Of a stretch of DNA of 64,000 nt, positions 31,360-43,215 are shown one piece after another. The notes under the pieces were generated by a model that worked only from the letters and a program-made list of their open reading frames with translations, searched no databases and was not told where the DNA came from. This stretch comes from an uncultured cyanobacterium (lineage in GTDB: Bacteria; Cyanobacteriota; Cyanobacteriia; CAKZMO01), in the NCBI GenBank assembly GCA_963719515.1, contig CAVRCJ010000006.1:64001-128000 (forward strand), read 5' to 3'. A program made the position numbers and the translations under genes. Each line of letters opens with the position of its first letter. The stretch's first letter is position 1.

Positions 31360-32541
31360 ATGACTATCGCTTCCCAACCTTCTACACAAGAAAAGTTGTC
31401 TCAGCAAAGCGCAAATAAAACTATAAGAGTTTTATTTGTCAGCCATACCTACGTTGTGGGAATCAATCAAGGCAAGCTCAAGGCTATTGCTGAAGCCGGG
31501 GCCGAAGTAGGATTGCTCGTCCCTCAAATTTGGAACGCTCCTCAGTGGAACAAAGATCTTGAGATTGAAAAGCCCTACCCTCAGATAAAAATCTACACTT
31601 CTCCTGTTTGGTTTGGAGGCAGAGCGGGCGCTCATCTATACCCTCCTCAAGAGATCTTCAAAGCTATTCGAGATTTTCAACCTGACATCATTCAAGTTGA
31701 AGAAGAAGTTTTCTCGCTAGCCGCTTTTGAAGTTTGCTTTTGGGCAAGGTACTTCAAGATTCCAGTCGTACTCTTCGGTTGGGAAAATATGGATCGTCAG
31801 CTTGCACTTCCCCGTCGCTGGCTGCGTCAGTACGTATTTGATACCGTTCAAGGAATTCTGGCGGGCAATCATGAAGGCGCAGAACTCGTCAAGAAATGGG
31901 GATATGACAAGATTGTTGAAGTAATGCCTCAAATGGGCGTTGATACTGAGGTCTTCTCGCCGAGCTTAAGGAAGAACCAAAACCCCAACGTTCCACTCTG
32001 CATCGGCTTCGTAGGTCGAATTGCCCACCACAAGGGAATTGATACTCTAATCGAAGCTGTAAATATCCTTTCTCAGACGGAGCGATCATTTCACTTGTAC
32101 CTCTGCGGTTCTGGTCCTGATGAAGATAAGCTTCAAAAGCTCGCTAGCGGTTACGACTTAGATGACGTAGTCACTTGGCGAGGGGGCGTTCGCCACGACG
32201 AAGTTCCTCAAGAAATGGGGAAAATGGATGTATTGGTCTTGCCTTCCCGCAGCATCCCAACCTGGAAGGAGCAGTTTGGCCACGTAATTATTGAGGCAAT
32301 GGCTGTCGGAATTCCGGTGGTAGGCTCAACCTGCGGCGAAATTCCCAACGTCGTCGGCACGCCAGATTTAGTGTTTCCTGAAGGAAACGCAGCGGCCTTG
32401 GCTGATATCCTATCCCGCTTAATCAATGACGCCAACTGGCGGCAAGACATGGAGACGTATAGTCTTAACCGAGTTTCTCAGTACTACAGCCACAAGCGGA
32501 TTGCTGAACGGTTGATTGAGCTTTGGAACTCTATTCTATAG
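31360..32541 (+). CDS. Glycosyltransferase family 4
   Basis: FVGRI..KG and EQFGHVIIEAMAVGIPVV. Confidence 0.93.
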   Translation: MTIASQPSTQEKLSQQSANKTIRVLFVSHTYVVGINQGKLKAIAEAGAEVGLLVPQIWNAPQWNKDLEIEKPYPQIKIYTSPVWFGGRAGAHLYPPQEIFKAIRDFQPDIIQVEEEVFSLAAFEVCFWARYFKIPVVLFGWENMDRQLALPRRWLRQYVFDTVQGILAGNHEGAELVKKWGYDKIVEVMPQMGVDTEVFSPSLRKNQNPNVPLCIGFVGRIAHHKGIDTLIEAVNILSQTERSFHLYLCGSGPDEDKLQKLASGYDLDDVVTWRGGVRHDEVPQEMGKMDVLVLPSRSIPTWKEQFGHVIIEAMAVGIPVVGSTCGEIPNVVGTPDLVFPEGNAAALADILSRLINDANWRQDMETYSLNRVSQYYSHKRIAERLIELWNSIL

Positions 32542-32575
32542 TTAGTCATAAGTTAGTCGTAGATCACTAATATAT

Positions 32576-33697
32576 ATGCGAATTGCTATTGTCCGTAGAG
32601 CTCCAGGCTCCTCCTTCAGCATGGATGTCTATGCCGATGGTTTGGTCAGCGGTCTCACCAATGTCCGCCCTGACTGGTCAATCGTAGAAATAACCCCATC
32701 CTTCACTGAGTATCAGGGCTCTTCTCTCGAACGGATAGGCAAATATTACAGTCGATATTGGAAATTTCCCAACGACGTCAAGGGCCGCGACGACATCGAC
32801 TTATTTCACGTCATCGACCACAGTGATGGTCACCTTCTGTATGCATTGAAAGGGCATGATAAAGCGACAGTGGTGACCTGCCACGACTTGATCAACTACA
32901 TTCACCCTGAAAACATTAGTGATCAAGCGCAGGTTGCATTCATCAGTCAGGCTCTTTGGAAGTACGCTGTTCGAGGCATTTGTCAAGCTGATCACATCGT
33001 TACGGTCTCTGACCACACGGCCAAAGATGTGAGAGCGCTCTTTCAAGTTCAACCTAGCCGCATAACGACGGCACACAATGGCGTTGACCCCAGCTTTCAA
33101 CAGCTCCCACAGCATCAAGTTGACCAGGCACGCCAGCAGTACAGCATAGCGCAATCGACGTTTGCACTCCTCAATGTGGGCTCAAATCATCCTCGCAAAA
33201 ACATTTTTACTATTTTGAGAGCATTGGCTATTTTGCAGCGAGTAGATATACCCATACAGTTTCTCAAGGCCGGAGCTGACTTTACCGCCGCGCAAAAGTC
33301 TTTTATTGAAGAGGAAGGCTTAGCGGACGCAGTCTCGTACGTGGGTAAGCCAAGTCAAGAGCAGCTTATAACGCTTTATAACGCAGCAGACGTCTTAGTC
33401 GCCCCCTCCCTATACGAGGGGTTTGGTATTACTCCGCTCGAAGCGATGGCTTGCGGAACTCCAGTTGTTACGGCCGATGTCACAGCCCTGCCTGAGGTCA
33501 TTGGGGAAGCGGGCATAATGATTTCGCCTGAGGATGCGGATGCTGTTGCAACAGCGGTGAAGACGTTATATCAGGAGCATGGTCTCTACCAAGAGTTTGT
33601 TGGTAAGGGGCTAGAACGGGTTAAAGGCTTTACGTGGCGAAGGCATGGTGAGCAAGTTGCTCAAGTTTATGAAAAAATTCTAACCTCAACAATATGA
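32576..33697 (+). CDS. Glycosyltransferase family 4 (GT-B)
   Basis: VTCHDL, PRKN and EGFGITPLEAMACGTPVV. Confidence 0.93.
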   Translation: MRIAIVRRAPGSSFSMDVYADGLVSGLTNVRPDWSIVEITPSFTEYQGSSLERIGKYYSRYWKFPNDVKGRDDIDLFHVIDHSDGHLLYALKGHDKATVVTCHDLINYIHPENISDQAQVAFISQALWKYAVRGICQADHIVTVSDHTAKDVRALFQVQPSRITTAHNGVDPSFQQLPQHQVDQARQQYSIAQSTFALLNVGSNHPRKNIFTILRALAILQRVDIPIQFLKAGADFTAAQKSFIEEEGLADAVSYVGKPSQEQLITLYNAADVLVAPSLYEGFGITPLEAMACGTPVVTADVTALPEVIGEAGIMISPEDADAVATAVKTLYQEHGLYQEFVGKGLERVKGFTWRRHGEQVAQVYEKILTSTI

Positions 33698-34935
33698 AGT
33701 CATTCAATATACTGATCTCTGCTTATGCCTGTCGGCCCAATATGGGCTCAGAACCTGGAGTCGGATGGAACGTTGTCCAAGAACTCGCAAAGTTTCATCA
33801 GGTCTGGGTCCTGACTCGTTCAGACAATAGGTCTAGTATTGAAGCTCATCTTGCTCAGCATCCTGCCGGCAATTTGAAGTTTGTGTATTGTGATCCTCCT
33901 ATGGGAGCACGGTTACTTTCAGCGGCTACAGTGCCTCATTACTACTTCTGGCAAGTTGCTGCGTACTTCGCAGCGAAAGACCTGCTTCAGCAGGTTGATA
34001 TTGACGTTATTCATCACGTGACCTACGTCCGCTACTCAACGCCGAGCTTTCTATCGCTGCTACCAGTTCCCTTCATTTGGGGGCCTGTAGGGGGAGGCGA
34101 GATGGCTCCCAAAGCGTTCTGGCAGGACTTCAGCGCTAGGGGGCAGGCCTACGAAGTAGTCAGGCGTTTGGTTCATCGCATAGGGGAACTCGACCCTTTT
34201 GTTCAGCTCACGGCTCGCCGGAGCGCGCTTACTAGAGCAACAACCCAGGAGACCGCTGAACGACTGCAAAAAATTGGCGCTAGCAAGCTGGAAGTCTACT
34301 CTGAATCGGGCCTCTCCACCGATGAAATTGAGCGCCTGTCTCGGTGTGACATTTCAAGCACGACGCCGGTTCGCTTCATCAGTATGGCTAGGCTCCTACA
34401 TTGGAAGGGGATGCACTTAAGCATACGCGCTTTTGCTGGAGCCAATCTTCCCAAAGATGTTGAGTACTGGATTTTAGGAGAGGGGCCTGAGGATGCTAAC
34501 CTACTGACCCTAGCCCAAGAGTTGGGAGTAGCTGACCGAGTAAAGTTCTTGGGCCGATTACCGCGGCCTGAAACTCTTCAAAAGCTGAGTGAGTGCCATG
34601 TCTTGGTACATGCAAGCCTGCATGACTCAGGGGGGTGGGTCTGTCTAGAGGCCATGGCCGCTGGGCGACCAGTAATTTGTCTCGACCTAGGCGGACCGAG
34701 CGTTCAGGTAAATGAAGAGACAGGAATCAGGGTTCCGGCTCACGACCCCAGTCAGGTTGTTGAAGATCTCGCGCTGGCCATGACCCGCCTAGCGAATGAC
34801 GCAGAATTACGGCGGCAGATGGGAGAAGCAGGGCGATCGCTCGTTCGTCAAAGCTTTTCTTGGGAAGCGAAGTGTCAGAAGCTCACCGAGAAATACACTG
34901 AGATTTGCCAGGAGATAGCGTCATGCGTATCCTAA
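33694..34935 (+). CDS. Glycosyltransferase family 4
   Basis: AYACRPNMGSEPGVGW and HDSGGWVCLEAMAAGRPV; ATGA-type overlap with the previous gene. Confidence 0.93.
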   Translation: MKSFNILISAYACRPNMGSEPGVGWNVVQELAKFHQVWVLTRSDNRSSIEAHLAQHPAGNLKFVYCDPPMGARLLSAATVPHYYFWQVAAYFAAKDLLQQVDIDVIHHVTYVRYSTPSFLSLLPVPFIWGPVGGGEMAPKAFWQDFSARGQAYEVVRRLVHRIGELDPFVQLTARRSALTRATTQETAERLQKIGASKLEVYSESGLSTDEIERLSRCDISSTTPVRFISMARLLHWKGMHLSIRAFAGANLPKDVEYWILGEGPEDANLLTLAQELGVADRVKFLGRLPRPETLQKLSECHVLVHASLHDSGGWVCLEAMAAGRPVICLDLGGPSVQVNEETGIRVPAHDPSQVVEDLALAMTRLANDAELRRQMGEAGRSLVRQSFSWEAKCQKLTEKYTEICQEIASCVS

Positions 34936-36092
34936 GTATTCACAACAAATACCAGATTCGAGGTGGGGAAGACGAGTCTCGGGAATCAGAGGAGCGGTTG
35001 CTGCGGGATCACGGTCACGAAGTCGACGTGTATGAGGAATCAAACCACCGTATTCAGCAGCTCAATCCAGCTCAAGTCGCACTTAAGACGGTCTGGTCCG
35101 CGCAGGCCTATCGCGATGTCGAGCGCCAGCTAGCGCTCAAGCCTTACGACCTCGTCCACATCCAGAACTTCTTTCCGCTCATCTCTCCTGCTGCCCATTA
35201 TGCCGCTAAAGCGGCAAAGGTTCCCGTCGTACAAACGCTTCGAAACTACCGACTGCTGTGCCCCAACGGGCTTTTTTTTCGAGACGGGAAAGTCTGTGAA
35301 GATTGTTTGGGAAAACCAGTTCCTTACCCTGGAATTGTCCATAACTGTTACCGAGACAACAAGCTGGCGACGACTGCTGTAGCGGCTATGATCACGACTC
35401 ATCGCGCGATCAGAACCTGGTCTAAAGCCGTCAACCTGTTCATCACGCTGACGGAGTTCGCTCGGCAAAAGTTCATCGAGGGCGGCTTCTCTCCTGAAAA
35501 GATAATTGTCAAACCCAATTTTGTTTCCCCTGATCCCGGTACAGGCACAGGCAAAGGAAATTATGTCCTGTTTGTTGGTCGCTTGTCGGTGGAGAAAGGG
35601 CTCGACACCCTAATTGAGGCTTGGGAACGTCTCGATACCCCGATACCGCTCAAGATCGTTGGCGATGGTCCCCTAGCAGAGCGGGTTGAAAAGGCATCCT
35701 TACGTCACCCACACATTGAGCTATTGGGACGGCGACCCTTGCCTGAAGTTCATCAACTGATGGGCAATGCTCGCTATTTAGTTTTCCCATCCAAGTGGTA
35801 CGAAACGTTCGGACGGGTCGCAGCGGAGTCATTTGCTACAGGGACACCTGTCATCGCTTCAAAGATCGGAGCAATAGAGGAGCTAGTAAAGTCAGGTCAA
35901 ACGGGTATTCACTTCACACCAGGCAGCGCATCTGATCTAGCCGCTAAGGTAGCTCAACTTTGGGAGTCTTCCTCCGAAGACTACAGCCGCATGCGCTCTA
36001 CCGCTAGAAATACGTTCGAGGAAAAGTATACCGCCGAGCAAAACTATCATCTACTTATGAATATCTATTCTTCTGTTCTAAACCCCGTCTAA
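34923..36092 (+). CDS. Glycosyltransferase family 4
   Basis: HNKYQIRGGED, NYRLLCP, VGRLSVEKG and YETFGRVAAES; start at ATG 34923. Confidence 0.93.
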   Translation: MRILSIHNKYQIRGGEDESRESEERLLRDHGHEVDVYEESNHRIQQLNPAQVALKTVWSAQAYRDVERQLALKPYDLVHIQNFFPLISPAAHYAAKAAKVPVVQTLRNYRLLCPNGLFFRDGKVCEDCLGKPVPYPGIVHNCYRDNKLATTAVAAMITTHRAIRTWSKAVNLFITLTEFARQKFIEGGFSPEKIIVKPNFVSPDPGTGTGKGNYVLFVGRLSVEKGLDTLIEAWERLDTPIPLKIVGDGPLAERVEKASLRHPHIELLGRRPLPEVHQLMGNARYLVFPSKWYETFGRVAAESFATGTPVIASKIGAIEELVKSGQTGIHFTPGSASDLAAKVAQLWESSSEDYSRMRSTARNTFEEKYTAEQNYHLLMNIYSSVLNPV

Positions 36093-36152
36093 GCTGAGAA
36101 CTAGTTTTAATTTAAGGGGAAAACGTCGCTAAAATGCAGACCTTAGTTTCGA

Positions 36153-37619
36153 ATGATTGCCTGTATGTCTATTGACACTCCTATTTCACCTTACTTCAAA
36201 AAATCTCGACCTAAGGGAGTGCTTATCAGCAATTCTATACTATTGCTAATAAGCTTTTCGACAGTTTTTTTTCCTAGGCTTCTTGATAGCGCAGGAGCGC
36301 CAGCACCAATCAACTTCTTGCACTTCTTAGTCGTACCTTTAGTTACGGCATGGAATCTAGCTCGATGTTCTCAAAAGAATAGGAAGCAGCGATTAATTTT
36401 GAATCAGCTGCTAGCGTTGACATACTTATTTTCAGGCGTTGTCCTCGCCAGCTCTTTTCTCAATGATGCAGCATTAGTAAATGCTGCTCTATCATTCTTA
36501 CTTCTGGCCGAACCAGCAATTTTTTTAGTAAGCCTGCTTAGCGTCAACTATTCAACAGAGAAGTTTCTGTTTTTGAGAACGTGGCTGATTCGGTTTTCAG
36601 CTTTTCATGTTTTACTATCCCTAGCGCAGGCCTTTCTTCTGGACTTGGGCATCATGAAGACCGGCGCGATGGGAATTATTCAGGATAACATTCAAGGAGT
36701 TTTTTATCTGTCGGGTGGAGGACATAATGCGGCAGCTAGTGTATCGGTAAACTTTGGCCTCTACTATTTGATCAGCGCACCGAAATTTCCTGGAGTAGAG
36801 AGCCCTCCACATTACCTTAGATATGCATTCTTTTTGGGGGCGTTTTTCCAGCTTTTGAAAGCCGACTCAAAGCAAACTTTATTGGTAATGTTGGCCGCTT
36901 GGGTATTGTTGACCTTGCTGACAAAAGTAAAGGAGATCGGCACATTCATAAAATACTCCGCCTTAATCACACTACTTGTCTTTGCGCTATTCTGGGCGAT
37001 CGACAATGTGCCTCTATTCAGGGCATTTGGGACTTGGCTAAGGCCGGACATCTGGGGGCCGGATGGAATAGCGACCCAGCTCAAAATTGCTGCATTTCCG
37101 GTTATAACTTCTCACTATGAATCTTTTCTAAATTGGTTTTTAGGTTTGGGGCCTGGTCACACAGTAGGACGTCTCGGAGGATGGTTGCTGCCAAAATACT
37201 CATCTCTACTGGGTCCGCTTGGAGCAACAGTACATCCTGCCAGTCAAGACGTGTGGGGAAAAGTCGCAGAAGCTTGGCTCGGCAACAACTCAAGTATGTT
37301 TTCACCTTTATTTGGATGGGCTGGAGTTTGGGGAGATCTTGGATTTCTGGGTCTAGGCGTTTATGCTGCCATGGGGTACGCTATTTGGAAGAATTTATGT
37401 CTAGACGACTTCTCCCGCTTCATATTACTCTCTATTGTTGTCCATGGATTTATCTTCACGCAGATGGAAGAGCCGGGCTTTATGATTCACTCGGCGGTGC
37501 TCATCTTCTTAAGGTGGAAGGAATTAGAGTTTAGCAAAATCGAGTTAGGAGAGCTTAAAGATGAGCCGAAGAAGCGAAAGCTGAAGGGTCTTCCAGTCCC
37601 AGTGCGATCGCATGAATAG
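36153..37619 (+). CDS. Polytopic membrane protein, probable Wzy-like polymerase
   Basis: About 10-12 hydrophobic segments with a large late loop (GLGPGH), inside a glycosyltransferase operon. Function inferred from topology and context. Confidence 0.65.
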   Translation: MIACMSIDTPISPYFKKSRPKGVLISNSILLLISFSTVFFPRLLDSAGAPAPINFLHFLVVPLVTAWNLARCSQKNRKQRLILNQLLALTYLFSGVVLASSFLNDAALVNAALSFLLLAEPAIFLVSLLSVNYSTEKFLFLRTWLIRFSAFHVLLSLAQAFLLDLGIMKTGAMGIIQDNIQGVFYLSGGGHNAAASVSVNFGLYYLISAPKFPGVESPPHYLRYAFFLGAFFQLLKADSKQTLLVMLAAWVLLTLLTKVKEIGTFIKYSALITLLVFALFWAIDNVPLFRAFGTWLRPDIWGPDGIATQLKIAAFPVITSHYESFLNWFLGLGPGHTVGRLGGWLLPKYSSLLGPLGATVHPASQDVWGKVAEAWLGNNSSMFSPLFGWAGVWGDLGFLGLGVYAAMGYAIWKNLCLDDFSRFILLSIVVHGFIFTQMEEPGFMIHSAVLIFLRWKELEFSKIELGELKDEPKKRKLKGLPVPVRSHE

Positions 37620-37689
37620 AGCCAAGCGTTGTGTCATATCCGTCCGATAAAGTTTGATGTAAAACCCTTATTGCTTCTACTTATATAAA

Positions 37690-38724
37690 ATGATTAAATC
37701 CCCAGAGTTCTTTATCGTCAGTTCGGGAAGAGCAGGTTCTACGCTCTTACAGTCTATCCTTAACGCTAGCCGACAAATCTATATCCCTCAAGAAAGCGAC
37801 TTTATCGCAAGAGCGTATCCCTTTTTCGGAGACCGTAAGTCTATTGAACAGTCCGAATATGCTCAGCTAGCAATGATGTTTTGCGTCGCCTCACAGTCAA
37901 GTGGCTGGGGTATGACATACGATTACATTCTCAAACAATTAGAAGAACACAGTCCTCAGACACTCGCAGAGATTTTTTCTGTTATTTGTAGCGCTTATCA
38001 TTCCCAAGAAAACACTTTAGACATAAAGTGGGGGGTCAAACATCCGGTCTTAATTGCCAGCCTCAACACAATTTTCTCGACTTATCCAGACATTAAAATA
38101 ATTCATATTTGCAGAGATGGCCGAGATGTCTATTTATCCTATAAGAATATTCACGAGAATAGTCAAATAAAGTTTGGTCCTAATGGTGTAGTGTCTAGTG
38201 CTTTGTATTGGGTTGACGGTTTGCGCCGGATTGAGAAATATTTACAAGACCCAGCAATCCAAAATAAGGTTGTTTCCGAGATAAAATACGAGGATCTTGT
38301 TGGTCACCCGCAAGAATCCTTGAAAGACTTGTGTGGCTTTCTCGAGATTCAATACAGTCCATCAATGTCCGAAGAATTTTCCAGCTTTGAGGGAAACAAG
38401 CGAGTTGCCCCAGACGAAATTATGTCTTCTGTGCATACTAAGCTAAAAGGAAATCTTGATGCTTCGAACACAAAGAAGTACCTGAAGAAGATGTCTAAGC
38501 GCCAAATTTTCATATTTGAGCTTTTGGCAGCCCCCTATCTTATCAAGTATGGCTATCCTCTAGAGTTTAAATTGCTCGGCAACTGGATCTTCAGTCCGAT
38601 AAGGGCTACGCTTTACTCACTGGGAAGAATCTTCAATGATCGCCGATACAGTAAAAGAGACAAGCGCTTTTTTGAAAGAGCTAAGAAAAAGCTTTTAGAG
38701 CGTCAACACTCTACGGGAGCATAG
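37690..38724 (+). CDS. PAPS-dependent sulfotransferase (Sulfotransfer_3-like)
   Basis: SSGRAGSTLL, WGVKHP, RDGRDVYLS and IKYEDLV motifs. Confidence 0.92.
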   Translation: MIKSPEFFIVSSGRAGSTLLQSILNASRQIYIPQESDFIARAYPFFGDRKSIEQSEYAQLAMMFCVASQSSGWGMTYDYILKQLEEHSPQTLAEIFSVICSAYHSQENTLDIKWGVKHPVLIASLNTIFSTYPDIKIIHICRDGRDVYLSYKNIHENSQIKFGPNGVVSSALYWVDGLRRIEKYLQDPAIQNKVVSEIKYEDLVGHPQESLKDLCGFLEIQYSPSMSEEFSSFEGNKRVAPDEIMSSVHTKLKGNLDASNTKKYLKKMSKRQIFIFELLAAPYLIKYGYPLEFKLLGNWIFSPIRATLYSLGRIFNDRRYSKRDKRFFERAKKKLLERQHSTGA

Positions 38725-39070
38725 TCTTCGAAAGCCAAAAGGATATTGATATTCTCATTTCAAGACTGTATAGAAAATTATTAGACAACTTCGCCATGGC
38801 GATCGCTGACGCAACTTCTGTAGCCCAGACATCTCACTAGAAGGTAGAGGCTAATGGTCCTGCTTGTTGACCTTGTGGGCCCTGACTCTGCTTGTGAGAA
38901 ATCCGAGCTTAGGAGAAGTTGAAGCGTCTCTTAATGAGGGCTGTTTAACTAAGCAGGTAGTCATAATCGAATGATGTGGCGCTGCCCGATTAAATTTTTA
39001 TGACGCGATCGTGATAATTCGTATCTTCTGTCGCCAATCCCCCCACCTCACAACGGTGCTAGGATGATCC

Positions 39071-40568
<1,498 letters not shown>

Positions 40569-40626
40569 TTTGACTGCTGTGGGGTGTGCTGCGGCGCACC
40601 CTCACGAAATGATAGGAAATGCGATC

Positions 40627-40656
40627 GCTCAGGGGTAATTTCCCCTGAGCTTTTTT
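40627..40656 (+). terminator. Rho-independent terminator after thiC
   Basis: GCTCAGGGG-N6-CCCCTGAGC followed by T6. Confidence 0.85.
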
Positions 40657-40944
40657 ATGGCCGTATAGCGCTTGAGGCAGCGCACTGTACAGCCCAAGCA
40701 CATAGAAATGCCCCAGTAGAAATGCCCCAACTTATTGAAGTATCTACGCGCGTTGCCCAGAGGACTATACTCACCTACGAGTTTGGACTCCGGCTTGGCG
40801 ATTCGCTGGGTGAGAATGCGCATGACGTCGCCAGAGGGCGATCGCCGCTGCAGCGCTAGGGCCTTAGGGCGAAAGTGTCGCTCTGAGCGATAGGGCAAGC
40901 ACAATACTTTATAATTGGCTTGTCCCAACTATCCTAAGCAAGCT

Positions 40945-41160
40945 ATGAGCGTCAAAGCCGTCGGAAATCCACCGCCTGAAGCTGACCAAGTCCGAGCTGT
41001 GCTTGAAGACCAGCTTCCCGATATCATCGCTAGCTTCAACCAGGTGCTGCGGGAGAAATACAACATTTCGGGAATCAGCATCGGTGGGTTTACCGTTGTT
41101 CCTGAGAGCGCTGTCCCCAGCTCCGTGACCTGCGATCAGGATGGCTGCTCTGTCGACTAG
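40945..41160 (+). CDS. Small hypothetical protein (71 aa) ending in CDQDGCSVD
   Basis: ATG-started ORF with protein-like composition in an otherwise empty gap. Confidence 0.6.
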   Translation: MSVKAVGNPPPEADQVRAVLEDQLPDIIASFNQVLREKYNISGISIGGFTVVPESAVPSSVTCDQDGCSVD

Positions 41161-41339
41161 AGAGCTGAGGTATCGTCCTCTTTTACGGCTGTTCTTCAAA
41201 GAGGATGATATCTCAAACGCTAGCGTAGAGCGAATGTCCTTTTTGCTACACCCATCGACTAATGTCCTCGTCATAATAGAAAGCCGGGCTGCATAGCCCG
41301 ACAGAGCTCACATCTCGGGAAACCTTATCGCGAGACATT

Positions 41340-43046
41340 ATGACGCGAGTTATCGTTTGTGGCTTGGGCCGCACAGGATACACCATTTTCTCCTTGCTCA
41401 AGCAGCAGGGCGTGCCGGTGATTGGTCTCAGCACTACACCGGTCAAGTTTCCCTTGGACGACCCGCGCGAAGTGATCGTCGGCAACCTCCGCTCCGCCGA
41501 TCTGCTGATGGCCGCCGGGGTGCGCGAGGCCCAGACCTTGGTGCTAGTCACCAATGACGATGCCCTCAACCTAGCTATCCTCACCCAGGCGCGGGTGCTC
41601 AACCCTAAGATTCGCATTGTTAACCGCCTGTTTAACGCCAACCTGGGCGACCGGCTAGACCAGACCCTACCGGACCATGTCTCTATGAGCGTGGCTTCCC
41701 TCTCGGCCCCCATTTTCACTTTTGCGGCCCTGGGCAGCCGCGCCATTGGTCACCTGCGCCTCACCGATCAAACCTGGCCTATCCACGAAGAGCTGATTGA
41801 TGAGCACCATCCGTGGCTAGGGCGCTCCCTCAGCGAGCTGTGGGACAATCACCGCCGCATGCTGATCTACTACCTGCCCTCAATAGGGGAGCAAGATTTG
41901 GTCTCAGCGGTACTCGCCGACCAGTCTCTACAGCTGGGCGATCGCCTCATCATTGCCACTCAGCCCCAGCGGCGCTCTTCGCGGAAAAGCTTGTGGTATC
42001 GCCTACGTCGCTGGCTCAACATCCATCGCCTGCAGTCTATTCGTCCGACCCTGATGGCGATCGCCGTCTTGGGGCTGACGATCTTGGCGGCAACGGTTAC
42101 CTATGTCTCGGTGCGACTGAACCTCACCATTGTGGATGCGCTGTACTTTTCGGTAGGCATGATTACTGGTGCAGGTGGGAATGAGCAGGTCGCAGAGCAG
42201 GCCGACCCAGTCATAAAAGTCTTCACCGTGACGATGATGCTGTTTGGTACGGGCGTGATCGGCGTCTGCTATGCCCTGCTCAATGACCTGGTGCTGGGGA
42301 CGCGGTTTCAAAAAGTGCTGAATTTAGGACGCATGCCCCAATCGCACCACTACATTGTGTGCGGGCTGGGGGGCGTCGGCATGCAGGTAGTTACTGAGCT
42401 GATGGAGAACGGCCAAGAAGTGGTGGTGCTAGAGCCCGACGCCGACAACCGGTTTTTGCCCATGGTGCAGGCGCTCAAGGTGCCGGTGATTCGCGGGGAC
42501 GCTAGTCTGGCGGCAACCCTACAGGAAGCCAAGATAGACCGTGCTGCCTCGCTGCTCGCGGTGACTAGCAACGACATGGCTAATTTAGAGATCGCGCTTA
42601 GCGCTAAAGCTAGCTCCCCTCGCCTACCCGTCATCGTCCGCACCCAGGACCCTGAGTTTGCGGCCCTATCCCAGCAGGTGTTTGACTTTGACGCCATCCT
42701 TAGCCCTACAGAACTAGCGGCTCCGTCTTTTGCGGCATCGGCCTTGGGGGGGCGAGTCCTGGGCAACGGCGTCACTGCCGATATCCTGTGGATTGCCATC
42801 GCGACGCTGATTACTCCCAACCACCCGTTTTGCAACCACTCTGTAAAGGCGATCGCCACCAGCGCCGACATTGTGCCTCTCTATGTCAAAACGCCGCAGC
42901 GGGGAGTGCACGGCTGGGAACTGCTGGACACGGTGCTGAGGGACAAGGATGTGCTGTATCTGACGCTGCCCGCGAAGAAGATTGACCAGCTGTGGCGCTG
43001 CAGCGATACCTACTGCTCGCCGATGCAGCTTAGCGGCATGGCTTAA
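41340..43046 (+). CDS. TrkA/RCK-domain potassium-channel-like protein
   Basis: Two Rossmann RCK domains (VCGLGRTG, VCGLGGVG) flanking a TM-pore-TM region (DALYFSVGMITGAGG). Confidence 0.9.
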   Translation: MTRVIVCGLGRTGYTIFSLLKQQGVPVIGLSTTPVKFPLDDPREVIVGNLRSADLLMAAGVREAQTLVLVTNDDALNLAILTQARVLNPKIRIVNRLFNANLGDRLDQTLPDHVSMSVASLSAPIFTFAALGSRAIGHLRLTDQTWPIHEELIDEHHPWLGRSLSELWDNHRRMLIYYLPSIGEQDLVSAVLADQSLQLGDRLIIATQPQRRSSRKSLWYRLRRWLNIHRLQSIRPTLMAIAVLGLTILAATVTYVSVRLNLTIVDALYFSVGMITGAGGNEQVAEQADPVIKVFTVTMMLFGTGVIGVCYALLNDLVLGTRFQKVLNLGRMPQSHHYIVCGLGGVGMQVVTELMENGQEVVVLEPDADNRFLPMVQALKVPVIRGDASLAATLQEAKIDRAASLLAVTSNDMANLEIALSAKASSPRLPVIVRTQDPEFAALSQQVFDFDAILSPTELAAPSFAASALGGRVLGNGVTADILWIAIATLITPNHPFCNHSVKAIATSADIVPLYVKTPQRGVHGWELLDTVLRDKDVLYLTLPAKKIDQLWRCSDTYCSPMQLSGMA

Positions 43047-43215
43047 CTACTAGGCGGAAAGTCTCGCGCGCTATTTGTAAGATGAGCTCCGGAGGGATGC
43101 ACGCCTTCGCGGTGGATTTCTGCGCTGCGGGCGCGGGGCGATCGCCGACCGTTCGAGATGGCGAAGCCGAACAATGGGGCAGGGGAGTGGAGCCTTTGCC
43201 CCCCCCAAAGCTTAG

